DNA of 63,576 bases, the filler included, from Stramenopiles sp. TOSAG23-3 (lineage: Eukaryota): NCBI GenBank assembly GCA_900128585.1. It is 12 parts of 12 records of this genome, joined end to end, with 100 filler letters (N's around TTAATTAATTAA, not from the genome) between each part and the next. Parts side by side here need not be neighbours in the genome. Positions count along the whole stretch, not along the records: positions 40,971 to 49,029 come from LT643071.1; positions 49,130 to 57,176 come from LT643072.1; 10 more parts are not named here. One strand, 5' to 3'. The notes beneath the pieces were generated by a model. That model was not told the DNA's origin, searched no databases, and worked only from the letters and a program-made list of their open reading frames with translations. The translations under genes were made by a program, and so were the position numbers. Position 1 is the stretch's first letter. Each line of letters begins with the position of its first letter. This document shows, piece after piece, positions 41,808 through 53,675 of the stretch.

Positions 41808-43454
41808 TTACATCTTACCCATGGTACCGTTGGGGATGACCCTCAACATCATTTTGTGCGCCTGAGGTGGACCTCCAATTTCTCTTGCCCATTTTGCATA
41901 TACAGGGTCTGTATACACGGGTTTTACCTTCAATAGATCGGAGCCATCGGGAACTTCCAAGTGAAAATGTCTTAAAATGCGTGGAAGTAATATTCGCATT
42001 TCAGTCAAAGCAAAATTTTTCCCCATGCAATCGCGGGTAGGAACACTAAACGGATGAAAGCGCTCGGTGCAGGGAGTCATCGCAATTCCTTGGGTAATTG
42101 CAGCTGGGTTCGTTGAAAGTTGCAGTTCCTCCTTTCTCCATTCGCGATCGGGGTTAAAGTCCATGGCATCGTCACCCCACAGTTGCTTTGAGTGATGTTG
42201 GCCATAATACCAAAAGGAAAATTTCGATCCCTGAGCGAGCTTTGTTGTGCTAGCATGCCGTCCGGGCAATTCGTCATCATAGGCAAAGACGCGAGGAAAT
42301 ACTAGAGAGGCTACATTCCAGAACCTCAACGTTTCACATATACATTTAGTCAAAAATTCAAACTTAGGAATGTCTGATAGTTCCATACTGCGCCCTTCTT
42401 CTTCTATGGCGTCTAATATGCGGCAGCATTCCTCCCTTGCCCGATGCTGAAAACGAGGGTTCCTTGATAGTTCGAAGAGGCAAAACTGCATGGTATACGC
42501 CGTCGTGTCGTGTCCAGCAATCAAAGTGGCAGCCATGTTTTGAAATTTTTCTTCGTCGTCTTTCAGCTCTAATATTCTCTCAAACAACGGCCCGACGCGC
42601 TCGTTCCTCTTTAGTTTCTTGACGCCGCGGTCAATGAATTTGAAAATGTACAAGCCCATTTTTTCCACGCGGGCTTCCCGTCGCTTATTCGTCTGTGGGC
42701 CTATTGACTCCAAGTTGAAGAGGCTCCTTGGTATTGACGAATGTTCGGGTGTAGACTCTCCAAACTTCAAATCATCTTCGTACTTTACCATAATTTGAAC
42801 TTTTTTGCCGGGAGCTATGTCTGGAAGTCTACTATACGCGCGATCGTCGCCTATCATGCAACGTATAAACATCGCTAACGCCGTATGATGCATCCACGCA
42901 CGAACATCTAGAAGCACTGGTCGGCGCTGTGCGAAGCCGTTCCACTTGTCACACATCGTGCACGCCATTTCGTCAAGAGTCGGTACAAACGATTGGATGG
43001 GTCCCAGCGGCAGGAAAGCGTCCATCATGTGTCGACGCTGCCGTCTCCAATCATCTTTGTTCGGGTGGTTTACGACGTGCTTGGACTCAAATAAACTTAG
43101 TTCTCTATCTTTTGATACGTGCGTTCGTCCCAAACGAAGAACTTCTGCAGGAGAGCTTACATAAAGGCACGGCTTAAACGTCGGCACTTCGTCCACGTAA
43201 TAAAGATTCGGAATAACCATTATGCCTAGGCCATCGTCAAGGTATTTTGCAGCATACCGCTGTAAGTTTAAAATAAACGCGTCATGCATATAATCTTTCA
43301 TCACCTCCGCAATAGGCAAGTCATTTAGCGGACTGTGGAAGTTCTCAACCCATTTGGGAACACCGTTACTTTCGTACTCTCGAATGAATCTTGTCGCAGC
43401 TTCCTTCACAATCGGGAGCGGCTCCCAGAGAGAGGCAGGTTTCGTACACGCCAT
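41808..43454 (-). CDS. Cytochrome P450
   Basis: WRRQR C-helix, AGHDTT I-helix, ETLR K-helix and heme motif FSVPTRDCMG. Confidence 0.95.
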   Translation of the reverse strand: MACTKPASLWEPLPIVKEAATRFIREYESNGVPKWVENFHSPLNDLPIAEVMKDYMHDAFILNLQRYAAKYLDDGLGIMVIPNLYYVDEVPTFKPCLYVSSPAEVLRLGRTHVSKDRELSLFESKHVVNHPNKDDWRRQRRHMMDAFLPLGPIQSFVPTLDEMACTMCDKWNGFAQRRPVLLDVRAWMHHTALAMFIRCMIGDDRAYSRLPDIAPGKKVQIMVKYEDDLKFGESTPEHSSIPRSLFNLESIGPQTNKRREARVEKMGLYIFKFIDRGVKKLKRNERVGPLFERILELKDDEEKFQNMAATLIAGHDTTAYTMQFCLFELSRNPRFQHRAREECCRILDAIEEEGRSMELSDIPKFEFLTKCICETLRFWNVASLVFPRVFAYDDELPGRHASTTKLAQGSKFSFWYYGQHHSKQLWGDDAMDFNPDREWRKEELQLSTNPAAITQGIAMTPCTERFHPFSVPTRDCMGKNFALTEMRILLPRILRHFHLEVPDGSDLLKVKPVYTDPVYAKWAREIGGPPQAHKMMLRVIPNGTMGKM

Positions 43455-44730
43455 TTAATCCTGCAAGATTTCATGCGAAACTTCTGCAGAATTTCGTATA
43501 TATCTCGTTCATAAAACTACAACTGTGAACGTTATTTACAAAACACATATTTATTGAACCGAAAATATGCCTGAGTTCCACCTACCCGATCCCCTCGGCA
43601 CTCTGCTACGTTGAAGAAGTCATTTAAAAAAAAATATTATTATAAAAAAAATGGGTTATTACAACACAGTGTTGCTTCTTCCTTCTACTACTATTCTTTT
43701 TGGTATGAAATTATACTTAATAAATAGGATTTAGTATTCTCTCCCCTATAATAGTGAAAATAGAGAAGAATAGGGTAGAAAAGTAGAGTTACGGGGGAGT
43801 CTGCTGCAAAAACCTGAGCAACCAGCTACTAAGTAAGTAGTAATGCAAATTGAAACAAATACTTGTTAAGTATATTATTTTGTCTCTTCTTAGATAGGCA
43901 TAAATGAACGAAAGCAACATCCGGAAGAAACTCCTACCTATTGACGACCTAATGTTTAACTACAGGGAACAGAGCAAGGAAACGAATTGTAGTAACCCAG
44001 AGTCGGAATACTGCAACTTTATAGCAGCAGCTCTCTCTCTCTATGATATTTCCTGCTAGCAGCTTTTCTTGGTTTCTTCTTCGTTTGGTCTTCTTCGTAT
44101 TTATAATAGCTTAAGGGAACCGCAACGCTCATGTAGGAAAACAAAAACAATCTAATCTATGTGGTTTGTATTTTATCCACTGCATCAATGGTAAACAAAT
44201 TATTACCACTCCTTAATACAATTAAAAAATGCGTCAACCATGGTCAACTGATGAAAAGTTTGCCCGGGAAGTATTTATGACCAATGAGTTCGTAGTAGAG
44301 TTCTAGGTACACAGCGGGAGGGGGGGGGGTGGATCAAAATAAAGGGATCAAAATAAATGGATAATAAAGAAGAAGGGATCAAATTTCATTTTTTTTTCTT
44401 TTTTCTTCTCTCTCTCTCTCTCTCTCTCAGTAGTACGGTATTATTTTAAATTGTGCACTATTATTATATAATACTAATCGTGCAATCAGCAATGGGGACA
44501 CTGTACTAGGTCATAGTAGTAGCGGCCAACAAAAAAATATTATTATTATTATGTATAGTAAACAAACAACGACTCTTCTCTAAATCGAGCAATTGAGTTA
44601 TCGCCTTAGTAAGGCTGGTTGCAATCATCGAAACGCGAAGGCTTGTAGTGTGCTACAAAGGCAAGCCATACACATAAAACTGGTACATATCCACAAATTT
44701 GACATAGTTGCCCATACATACATACGCGTT

Positions 44731-46659
44731 ATGGAAACTCGGAGCAGTCCAAGTACTAGTCGCCCGTCTGCGTTTGCGCCCCCGGGCAATCTCGGGAAAG
44801 CACCCTGGCACAAACGAGATTTGCAGGATTCAAAGACTCGGGCGGACGATGATATTGTTTTGAAGAAGTCCCACGTGGTTACTTTGAAATGTGGTGCAAA
44901 GAAGCAAATTCGTCTCCCAGAAGGACTCCCTTCCTGGCACTGGCGTTGGCTGGAGACTACGTTAGCTAATGTAGGCTGTACTTCCAATGAGAGAGGGTAT
45001 GGCCTCATTTTTCACAATATTACTGTAGAACCAAGCTGCCAAAGTAAGGTGTTTGATGTAATAGGATTTGAGCACGCCGCCAAGTTCTGTTTATTGCAGT
45101 ATTTGCATTCTACTGGGGCGTGTGCAGCGATAGGCGAGTGGTTATTTTTTAAGGACTACTTTTTCACGAAGCGCCCCGGTGTAAGCATCGACAGTAGCGC
45201 GGAGACACGCCGAAAAAAGTTTAGCTTGTTGAAAGGACCAAAATACACTACAGTGTCTTTGACGAAAGAATTGACGCCATATTATCGAGCGTCGTTGCAA
45301 AAGTACAACCTAGTTAAGTACGACAATTCTAGCAAAGCGGGGCCAATATCTTTGGCAACACTGGAGTTTCCCAGTGACCCACTCGTTGAGCAGGCAAGGT
45401 TGAATTTTCTAAAAAGGCTAGACTGCGAAGACCAAGTGAAGTTCTCCACCGAGCAAATTTGGGGCACCGGTGTTAGTTTGATGGACTATTTCGAAGAATC
45501 AAGAATGCTGCATGAAGTAATAAAAGGGGTTTTTGATGCCGTACTTGATTCTGTCGTCAACAATCACGCGGGTACAAAAACACAGCAGGCGGGGAAGCGT
45601 GCCTTGAGGACTGAGTTTGCGAATGACAGTATTGAGAAAGAAGTATGCCAAAATTTACTTGAGTTACACGAGACAAGGGAAAAGAAAAGAACGCGAACCA
45701 CAATTTCCCAGGGGGCCGAGAAGAAGGAAGCAACGAAGGTGGAAGAAGTGCTCGACGTGAAAAGTATGGCAGCCACGTCCGCCAGCGCTTCTGTGCCTGG
45801 AATCTTGCACAACGACGTAAATCCCCAAATTGACAATTCGTCAGAAGACTCAACAAGGGTAGTTCCAACCGAACCAGAAAGGTTGCAGAATTCCCATCTA
45901 ACTGAGCATAGTTCGGACAAAGAAACCTCTGCTTTTCTACACAGTAACCAATCGGAGCATTCTATTGTAGTTGATGCAGAGATGCACACGTCTTCCGCAG
46001 AACCCACCACAATCGTGGCGCCTAAAATGCCGGACAATGGAAGATTCCAAGGCAAATGGTTAAAGCATGAATATAAATTGTCGTTCCAGCGCCACAAACG
46101 AGGGGAACGGGTCATTGAAAGCCCCAAGACTTGGGTAGGGGTAATGATTGTTGCCATAATTCTCCAGTGTATCCAAGCGTGGGTATCCTATGAAGTGGCC
46201 GAGGAGGTGCTGTGGGTTTTGTGCGTCGTAACCGGTTTTGCTTTTGTCTATCTTTTGACCCATTTTAGGGCTGGCACAACAGGTGTTGATCTGCTGCTGG
46301 TAACTTTATTTTTGCCCTTTGGTTACGCGATCGACAAAAACTATAGTTTTATGATTGAACCGGTCCTGATGATTGCAAGTGCTGCTCAGATAATTGTGTG
46401 CAGATGGTGGTGGGCAAATCTCATGTTTACTGTTGTTTTGCTAACATTTACAGTGCTCGCAACGCTGGGCGTATGGGTTTTGCCTGGACTCGGAAATTTC
46501 TCCGTAATTCACTATTTGGTTTTGTTGATTGTTTTTACCAACCGACGCTTGCAAAATGAAACCAACGTAAGTGCTGCATCGCTCTCGGGTTACAGAGATG
46601 GTTTCACTTGGATCCTATTAGTGTCTGGGACGGTTGCGATGTGTTGCCACAAATTTTGA
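44731..46659 (+). CDS. Hypothetical protein with C-terminal multi-pass membrane region
   Basis: Long ORF from METRSSP with several hydrophobic segments at the C-terminus. Confidence 0.7.
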   Translation: METRSSPSTSRPSAFAPPGNLGKAPWHKRDLQDSKTRADDDIVLKKSHVVTLKCGAKKQIRLPEGLPSWHWRWLETTLANVGCTSNERGYGLIFHNITVEPSCQSKVFDVIGFEHAAKFCLLQYLHSTGACAAIGEWLFFKDYFFTKRPGVSIDSSAETRRKKFSLLKGPKYTTVSLTKELTPYYRASLQKYNLVKYDNSSKAGPISLATLEFPSDPLVEQARLNFLKRLDCEDQVKFSTEQIWGTGVSLMDYFEESRMLHEVIKGVFDAVLDSVVNNHAGTKTQQAGKRALRTEFANDSIEKEVCQNLLELHETREKKRTRTTISQGAEKKEATKVEEVLDVKSMAATSASASVPGILHNDVNPQIDNSSEDSTRVVPTEPERLQNSHLTEHSSDKETSAFLHSNQSEHSIVVDAEMHTSSAEPTTIVAPKMPDNGRFQGKWLKHEYKLSFQRHKRGERVIESPKTWVGVMIVAIILQCIQAWVSYEVAEEVLWVLCVVTGFAFVYLLTHFRAGTTGVDLLLVTLFLPFGYAIDKNYSFMIEPVLMIASAAQIIVCRWWWANLMFTVVLLTFTVLATLGVWVLPGLGNFSVIHYLVLLIVFTNRRLQNETNVSAASLSGYRDGFTWILLVSGTVAMCCHKF

Positions 46660-47991
46660 AACAGCTTTTGATACCAAAAAGCGGCGTGTCAAAGGAATGA
46701 CGGAACGTCTGCCAGAGCAAGAAATATTGAACGAAAAGTGCAACGATTTGGCCCGAAAGTTAAAGCGGGCGCAGGATGAGCTGCAAGAGGCCCACAAACG
46801 ATCGGCACGAACGGAGTACGTGCAAAGCCTCCAGGACGACTGGGATGCTATGTTCAACACCATCGTTGCCGATGAGGCCGACGAGGGTGAGGGCAGCACG
46901 AGGGACAAAAAGGAAGAGGCGACGCCTACGAAGACATTATTGCTTCTCAGAAAAATACAAAACGAACGCAACCTAGCTGTTAACTCGAAGAAATTACTGC
47001 AAGAGCGTTTGGAGGAGCTGGATTTGAAGTGCTCCAACTTGAAAGAGGAACTTGCATCCCTGAAGAAGCTGGCGGGCAAAGGCTCGGACAAATTGGCAAA
47101 GGTGGAGGAGAAATTTAGACGGATGCAAAGCCAATGCGTATACTTGCAGAAACAAAACTTGTCCCTGAAAAACGTCATCCAATCCTATGAGGACGAGTAC
47201 GGCCAAGATACCGACGTAAAGAAGGATGAAGGGAACGACTCAGAAACCCCGAAGAAAAAGCGCCATGGGCTCCTGCAAGAAGCGCTGTCAGCATCAAATG
47301 CCCAGTTGCAGTCGGTCATGAAAGAGATGTCGGCGAAATTGCATTGAGGGAAAGAGAGGAAGAAAACGCCAAATTAAAGAAGGAGCGACTACGGTTGGAT
47401 GAGTTAGTTGGCCGACTGGAATCCAAAGTTGGCCGTGGGGAATTCAATGCTAAAACTACGAAAGTGCTTCACTTGTCTATGAATCCCGACCAAATGAGAC
47501 GAAAAGCGCAGGCCGAAGAAAGGAAAACGTTGAAAGAGGAAGTTGCTCGCTTACGCGACATCATACAAACGAATGGGATAGATGAAACATCTTCCGAAAG
47601 CAGGGACCAATCTTCGAAGGCAAGCATTGTAACGAGCGCTGAAGTTGCAAACCTGAAGAAGAAAAATATTCGATTGAAGGAGGTGTTTCGGAATTTGACC
47701 ACTAACTTCAAGACCGCAGTGTATCAACTGACTGGTTGGAAAATTGACATGGACATGCGGAATGACAAGCCTATTGTCCTGCGTTCTATATTTGCTGCCA
47801 ATGAATCCGATAAACTAGAGTTCAATATGGCAGAGGGGGACGTCCAGCTGTTGGAGACGCCCTTTGCAAAACAATTGGACGAGAAAACATTTTTCTACTT
47901 GACAACATGTAGGTCACCTCCTGCATTCCTGAGCCAGGTGACTATGCAACTTTTTGAGCAAACGACGATGACCGGCACGGGTACAATATAG
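46660..47991 (+). CDS. MAD1: Spindle checkpoint protein MAD1 (apparently lacking N-terminus; frameshift at ~47336-47347)
   Basis: GEFNAKTTKVLHLSMNP (Mad2-binding), RLKEVF, FKTAVYQLTGWKID and PAFLSQVTMQLFE. Confidence 0.88.
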
Positions 47992-48184
47992 CAAAGTACA
48001 GATGAACCAAGATTCAGTTATCTAAAAATAGTAATTTAAACTGTAATTGATAAAACGTTTATTGTTTTCATTTGATTGGTAACCAGTTTTAGTGTACTTA
48101 AAAATAAAACAACACAGCCCATTTATTTTGTTTTATTGATATTTTTTAAATTGTTTTTTTATTATTTTTGTGTTTCTTGTAAAA

Positions 48185-48553
48185 TCAATACCCGTCATCA
48201 CTATACGATATGTCCCATTCGGGGAACTGTTCCTGTGCGAGACTGACAGTAACTTTGTGGTCTGCTTTTCCAAAATCAACGGAGTAACCGTAAACAAGCA
48301 GTGTTTTTAAAGCCGAGTTTACTTCTATTCGTCCCCCGCCCATCATCGACGCATGGATGTTTTTTGTCCGGGCTTGTTGCTGGAATGGCTCGTACACATC
48401 CCGATGATACGCTGCACCTCGTTTTGCACGCGCAACTATTTTTGAGTCGCCTTCAGGGGTCGAAATTTCAACGAGAACATACTTCGCACGATAGCTTTCG
48501 GGCGCCTCGTAGTTATCAAATTCAACATTTACGATACTTGAAAGCACTGACAT
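48185..48553 (-). CDS. PHPT1: Janus/Ocnus-family phosphohistidine phosphatase
   Basis: KYVLV, YHRDVY, GGGRI, VYGYSVDFGKADH and SDDGY*. Confidence 0.92.
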   Translation of the reverse strand: MSVLSSIVNVEFDNYEAPESYRAKYVLVEISTPEGDSKIVARAKRGAAYHRDVYEPFQQQARTKNIHASMMGGGRIEVNSALKTLLVYGYSVDFGKADHKVTVSLAQEQFPEWDISYSDDGY

Positions 48554-49129
48554 TTTATTTTCTCCAACCCGCACAGACAAATACCGCCTAAGCCCTCGTC
48601 CCAAACAAGAAGTCCTGTACTGAAAGGTGATTCGCAACGTTGCAAACTTCTCTTCCCGTTCATGCGCCGAACCTGCATTCCTAAATTATTTCCGGTACAT
48701 TTATAGCTTTAAAATAACAAGGAAGAAGCAAATTATGTACGTTGTATAATTATTATTGAACATAAATATATACCGGTATATGGTACCGTACCGCCGTAGA
48801 GGGTATTTTATTTGCCCCCCTTCCCTACTACCGGTACCGGTAGTGAGCTATTAAAAAATTGTGTAATTTAATAGATGACTATTCTGTAAACCATTTAATG
48901 TTATAAATAGGGTATTACAGTTCGACTTTTGTCCTTCTATTAATTATGCTTAGAGTAGAATACATTAAAGTTGGCATTATTTTTTAAATTAAAGAATTAA
49001 AGAAAACGATGAAAAATCGAAATCGATTANNNNNNNNNNNNNNNNNNNNNNNNNNNNNNNNNNNNNNNNNNNNTTAATTAATTAANNNNNNNNNNNNNNN
49101 NNNNNNNNNNNNNNNNNNNNNNNNNNNNN

Positions 49130-50965
49130 GACCCGGGACTCCACAATCTTGGCAAGATTGGACGAAGCGCGCTCTTTCAACGCGCCCATCACTTCCTTCA
49201 GCGTGGCTGTGACGAATGTTTTGTTTTCTTGAAACTCCTCTTCTGAAAATTCAGCAATCAGCTTGACTTTTACGTTCTGGTAACTTATCTGCTTCTTTTT
49301 CACCCGAAGCTCAACATCTATGAGTTCGTCCAATCGGGTCAACAGGCCATTGGCGGCCCTGTCTTTCTTCTTGAACAACCGGCCCGAAGCTTCCTCCCCG
49401 TCGGGTGGCCCCGCTTGAGGTTTGGTGCTGACACGAAAGGCTTCGAATGCTGGGCTCAGGCGAAAGACAAACGCGTCCGTTCCTTCACACAGGCTGTGGT
49501 ATCCTTGCAGGGCAGGCAGCCACGAGTCGGGGGTAAACGCGCCAAAGACAACCCCAGCGTCGGGCGATTTTTCCGAGACCAAAGGTTTAACAAGGAGCAA
49601 TGCTGGGCCTTTATTTTGTTTGTAGGCATGTACCACCTTGCCCAGACCGTACCCGTCGCATGCAGAGCTATACAAAAGCTTCAAGTTTTTCTGGGAAAGC
49701 GTGTGCGGCAAAATACCGTAGAGGTCCATGAGCGTGCCCTTGTCCACCCTCCTCTCGCTGCTGGTAGCAGATTCTGCCGACACGTTCCCGCCAAAAACTA
49801 ACAGGCCGCACTGCCCACCTTTCACCTTTTTGTTCTGCAAGTCCACCTTTGGCTCGAAATAGGAAGAAAAGCCCCGGTGGTTCGTTGCACTCGGAGCTTC
49901 AAACTCGTTGTCCACCTTCGAGCGGTGCTGATCCATCAGGCCGGCAATGTCCTTTCGCTTTAGAGGCAGCCTGAACGCAGCGTTGTGTATAGATTGGAAC
50001 GCGCTGGCGGGGAGGCGCCCGGCCGGAAGTCCTAATTCTGGGGTGGCCTGGTAATAAAGTAGAAGACTCGTCGAGAACCGGTAAATCGCCTTTCTTCCCT
50101 CCAACAAGTAGATGTCAATGATACGCAGGACGCTGTCGTACGACAGGGCGGTCACAAAAAAACGGTGCACCCAGGCCGTCAGCATTCTGAAAGAGCTCTG
50201 CTGGAGCTCGTCGCTGGTCCCAACAAACAGCATGTCTCCAGTTGCCTTGCGTTTATGATTGTTCCCCAAGTCGATGCAGGTTCGGACGACGACTTGTTCG
50301 CGCTCTTGGGGCCCCATAAAGAAATAGTGAGAGGAACGCTTCATCATCGCGCTGACTGCGGCAAGGACGAACGGTTCAGGCAGGTAGTACAACAGGATCG
50401 CAACAATGTCGGGTAGCATGGGGCAGGATTTCACTGGGAACAGGTTTGAAATGACGCACAAGAGGCGTTTCACGGCTTGGAGCCCCGCCTCGGTCAGCTG
50501 GTGCTCGTCCAACGCTTGCGAGGGTGCACCAAACCACGGCGTGTGTCTGCTTGCCAGTGTGATGCCCTCTTGTCGGCTCGTGCCGAAGAGGGACCGGAGA
50601 GTAGCATTGTACTGGGAGCGGTACTTTGTCAGGCTCGTTTCAAGGTCCTCCAAGTCGATCCCGACGGACAGCAACCATATGAACGGTCTAGTATACGGGG
50701 CAACCCCCTTTCGAACGGACTTCTTTTTAAAGTACGTTTCTCCCACTACAGTGTTTCTGCACGATTTTTTCTCGTAATCACCGACAACCTTCAGCAACTG
50801 CTCTTTCCCCGTTACCCCTAGACTGGCTTCTCTTTTACTGTATTTTCTGTTCTCCGATTCCAAATTCTCTAGCACATATTTACAGACTGCGCTAACAACC
50901 TCTGTCCTGGAACCCCTCGAGCTCCTTTGACCTTTTCTTGCCGCACCACCACCATACGCCGCCAT
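49130..50965 (-). CDS. TBC (Rab-GAP) + TLDc protein, TBC1D24-like; 3' truncated
   Basis: VRKGV..YTRPFIW, CPMLPDIVAILL and LRIIDIYLLEGRKAIYRF; TLDc LLYSSACDGYGL...VFGAF...FVFRLSP. Confidence 0.88.
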
Positions 50966-51731
50966 GCCCCTGTAACTGAAACGTATGCGCGCGTATATAC
51001 CGTATACACACAACCAAAGACGCCCACCAAACCTTCTCCCAAATTTGTAGTCGTCTATATATATACCCACCGTACCACCACGAACACCACACCGTCCAGC
51101 TAACCGAAAGACAACCAAACCAAAGGAACTGAGCAACGTAATATACCCTAACTTATCATTTTCCAAATAAAAAATCAAACCACCCCGCCACTTTTCTTGT
51201 TATGATAAACGAAAACATTTATATGAAATTCGTTAATCTCTCTCTTTCTCTAATCGTTCCGTTGCAAAAATATAATAAATACTATGGGGACCACCTGGAT
51301 GATTTGATGTTTTTTTTTCTTCTGATCGATGTTTCTTCTTCTTCTGCTGATGTTTGTTGGTTGTTTGTTGTTTGTGATGTAATGGTTCTGGTGAATTTAT
51401 TAACTACATATTTTGTATTCTTATTTTCCAGTTTATTGATTTTAAGGCCGGTATCTACGAGTATATAACCCCCCGCCTTTTTTGTCCATATGATGATGAT
51501 GATGACGACCTTTTTTTGCAAAATACCACACTTAAATCTATAAGAGCTATTTACGAGCTATTTACATAATATGGTCCGCTTTTGGGGTCATGATAAAAAT
51601 AGCTTGTAATAAATTAAAGCGATACATAGATACATATCACAAAAGTCACATCCGGTAACTACTGCTTATATTATTGAAGAAAAAAGTTAGTTACCGCCGT
51701 TCGTTGTCCACCTACAGAACAAAATTGGAAA

Positions 51732-52988
51732 ATGGGGTGCTGCATGTCGAAGGAGTTTATATACGTCGGAAAGAGCGGTATGGCTACCTACAATGCCAAC
51801 AAGCTGTGGGGGATGATGGGAAATTACAGCAAACAGCACCTGGAACGTTCGCAATGGCCTAACCCTACGATAGAGCACATTGAGGAGGGGTTTGATGTTC
51901 TGGTGGAAAAGTTCAAACCGCTGAACGAGGAGATGTGCAACTCTTTGGCAGAAGACCCAGCCAAAGCTCGCTGCCTTGCCCTGGAGTACTTTCACGTCGT
52001 GGCCCACGTTCCAATACTTTCCCACCTGGAAAAGTACGGGGTGGAAAACGGGGAGGAGCGCTTGACCGCAATAATCCGGGCGTACGATTCTTCCATAGAT
52101 GCGGGCGTTTTCAAAACGACGTGTGGGAAACAAAACTGGATGCACAGTGGGCTGTTCCTGTACCAGCTCTGTTTTCAATACGGGTCCATGGGAGATTTGG
52201 ACACCTGGCACGAGAAAGTCGTCCGGGGATACAAGCCCCTCAGTTTGCAAACGTCTCACAACTACAAAGATAAGGCCGGCACCCTTTGCGCGGAAGTCGG
52301 TGACGCCACGATCACGGCACTCCCGGTGCTTGTAATGCTTGGAGAAAAGGAGAAGGCCGCCGAATTGCTCGCCTCGCTGGGCTTCGCGCTTGATGACATT
52401 GGGTTCATCGCATGGTACGACATTGTGAAGAAGCACTCGGAGCCGCTTGGTGACAATATCTTTAGCCGGGAAACTTGGTACACGCTGTGCAAACTCTTGC
52501 TTTTTCTTTCGCTCCCTGAAGCCGAGGTGGAGAAATGTTCTGGGGACATTAAAAACTGGATCCCCGAACCAACAAAGTTGGCGGAATGCAACAAAGCGTG
52601 GATGACGCAAGGGTTCGGCCAGGCCTCGGTGCTGAACCTGGGGGCCCGCGCGTACGAAGTGTTGGGAGACCACGAAAAGGCGATGGAGACGGCGAAACTG
52701 GGCCTTATCGAGTCTTGCAATCAGAAGAAAAAGTCGGTTGCCTCGGACTGCCACGTTGTAATGGGGCGTGTCGCTGCAAAATTGGGCGACACGGAGGTTG
52801 CAAAGGGATCGTTTGGCAGTGCCTGCAGCGTGGCGAAAGAGGCACGCTGCTATCTCCTGCAACTCATGGCAGCCAGGGAATGGAAAAAGGCAATTCCAGA
52901 CGCTACCGAACCGGAGTCCATAATTGACGAAGCATGCAAATCGATGAAAAAAGGTCGAGAAAATTTTGCCTCCCTGCTAGAAAGATAG
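51732..52988 (+). CDS. Dually acylated (MGCC) helical/TPR-like protein
   Basis: MGCCMSK N-terminus; C-terminal helical repeats (ARAYEVLGDHEKA, MGRVAAKLGDTEVA). Confidence 0.7.
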   Translation: MGCCMSKEFIYVGKSGMATYNANKLWGMMGNYSKQHLERSQWPNPTIEHIEEGFDVLVEKFKPLNEEMCNSLAEDPAKARCLALEYFHVVAHVPILSHLEKYGVENGEERLTAIIRAYDSSIDAGVFKTTCGKQNWMHSGLFLYQLCFQYGSMGDLDTWHEKVVRGYKPLSLQTSHNYKDKAGTLCAEVGDATITALPVLVMLGEKEKAAELLASLGFALDDIGFIAWYDIVKKHSEPLGDNIFSRETWYTLCKLLLFLSLPEAEVEKCSGDIKNWIPEPTKLAECNKAWMTQGFGQASVLNLGARAYEVLGDHEKAMETAKLGLIESCNQKKKSVASDCHVVMGRVAAKLGDTEVAKGSFGSACSVAKEARCYLLQLMAAREWKKAIPDATEPESIIDEACKSMKKGRENFASLLER

Positions 52989-53675
52989 ATATAAAACAGT
53001 GGCAGTTTTGATTGTTTTTTCAGTTTTTTCGTAAAAAATAAGTTCTTAATGTAGGATTCTTACTTTAGTTACTGTAGTATTTGTAAGTTTTACCCATCAT
53101 ATAAACGACGTATTTGTTTTTAAAACATTTTGACTATCATATGGAACAAGGAGGAGTTTGGGTTCTTGAACGGTTTTTTCCTTCCTTTTTTTTTTTTTGA
53201 GCGTCTTAAAACTTAAAACATATATAATTTGTTTTTCATATGATACACCTATCCCTCTCTCTCTATTGCAACATTCCACAAAGAGTTCCATCTCGTACTG
53301 ACGTATCCGTGTATGTACCGGTACGATTGGCCGTCCATCAAAAATGTGCTGGTATGGTACACGGTACCTGTACCTGGTTTTATACCTGGTACCTGTGGTA
53401 GTATACATAAAAATACCTCCTGTACTCCTGTACGTACTTGTTGTTATTTTTTATTTTTTATTTCAATTCTTCTTCTTCTTCTGCGCGAAAACAACAAAAC
53501 AACAAACCCACGAAGAACTGAACAAAAAAACTAATTAAATTTCAATTGTCAGAAATTTTAAAGAAAAGACAAAAATTTGGTTTTAATTCTATCCGTCATT
53601 CTTTTTTAAGATTCAACCCTGTTTGGACTGGCTGTTGGGTTGTTGGTGTTTCCCCCCTATGCTCTTTCGAGAACA

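Noticed and set aside
47336-47347. TGA readthrough or selenocysteine in MAD1
   Set aside because: The protein continues in a different frame, and adding one A to the AAA run restores it.
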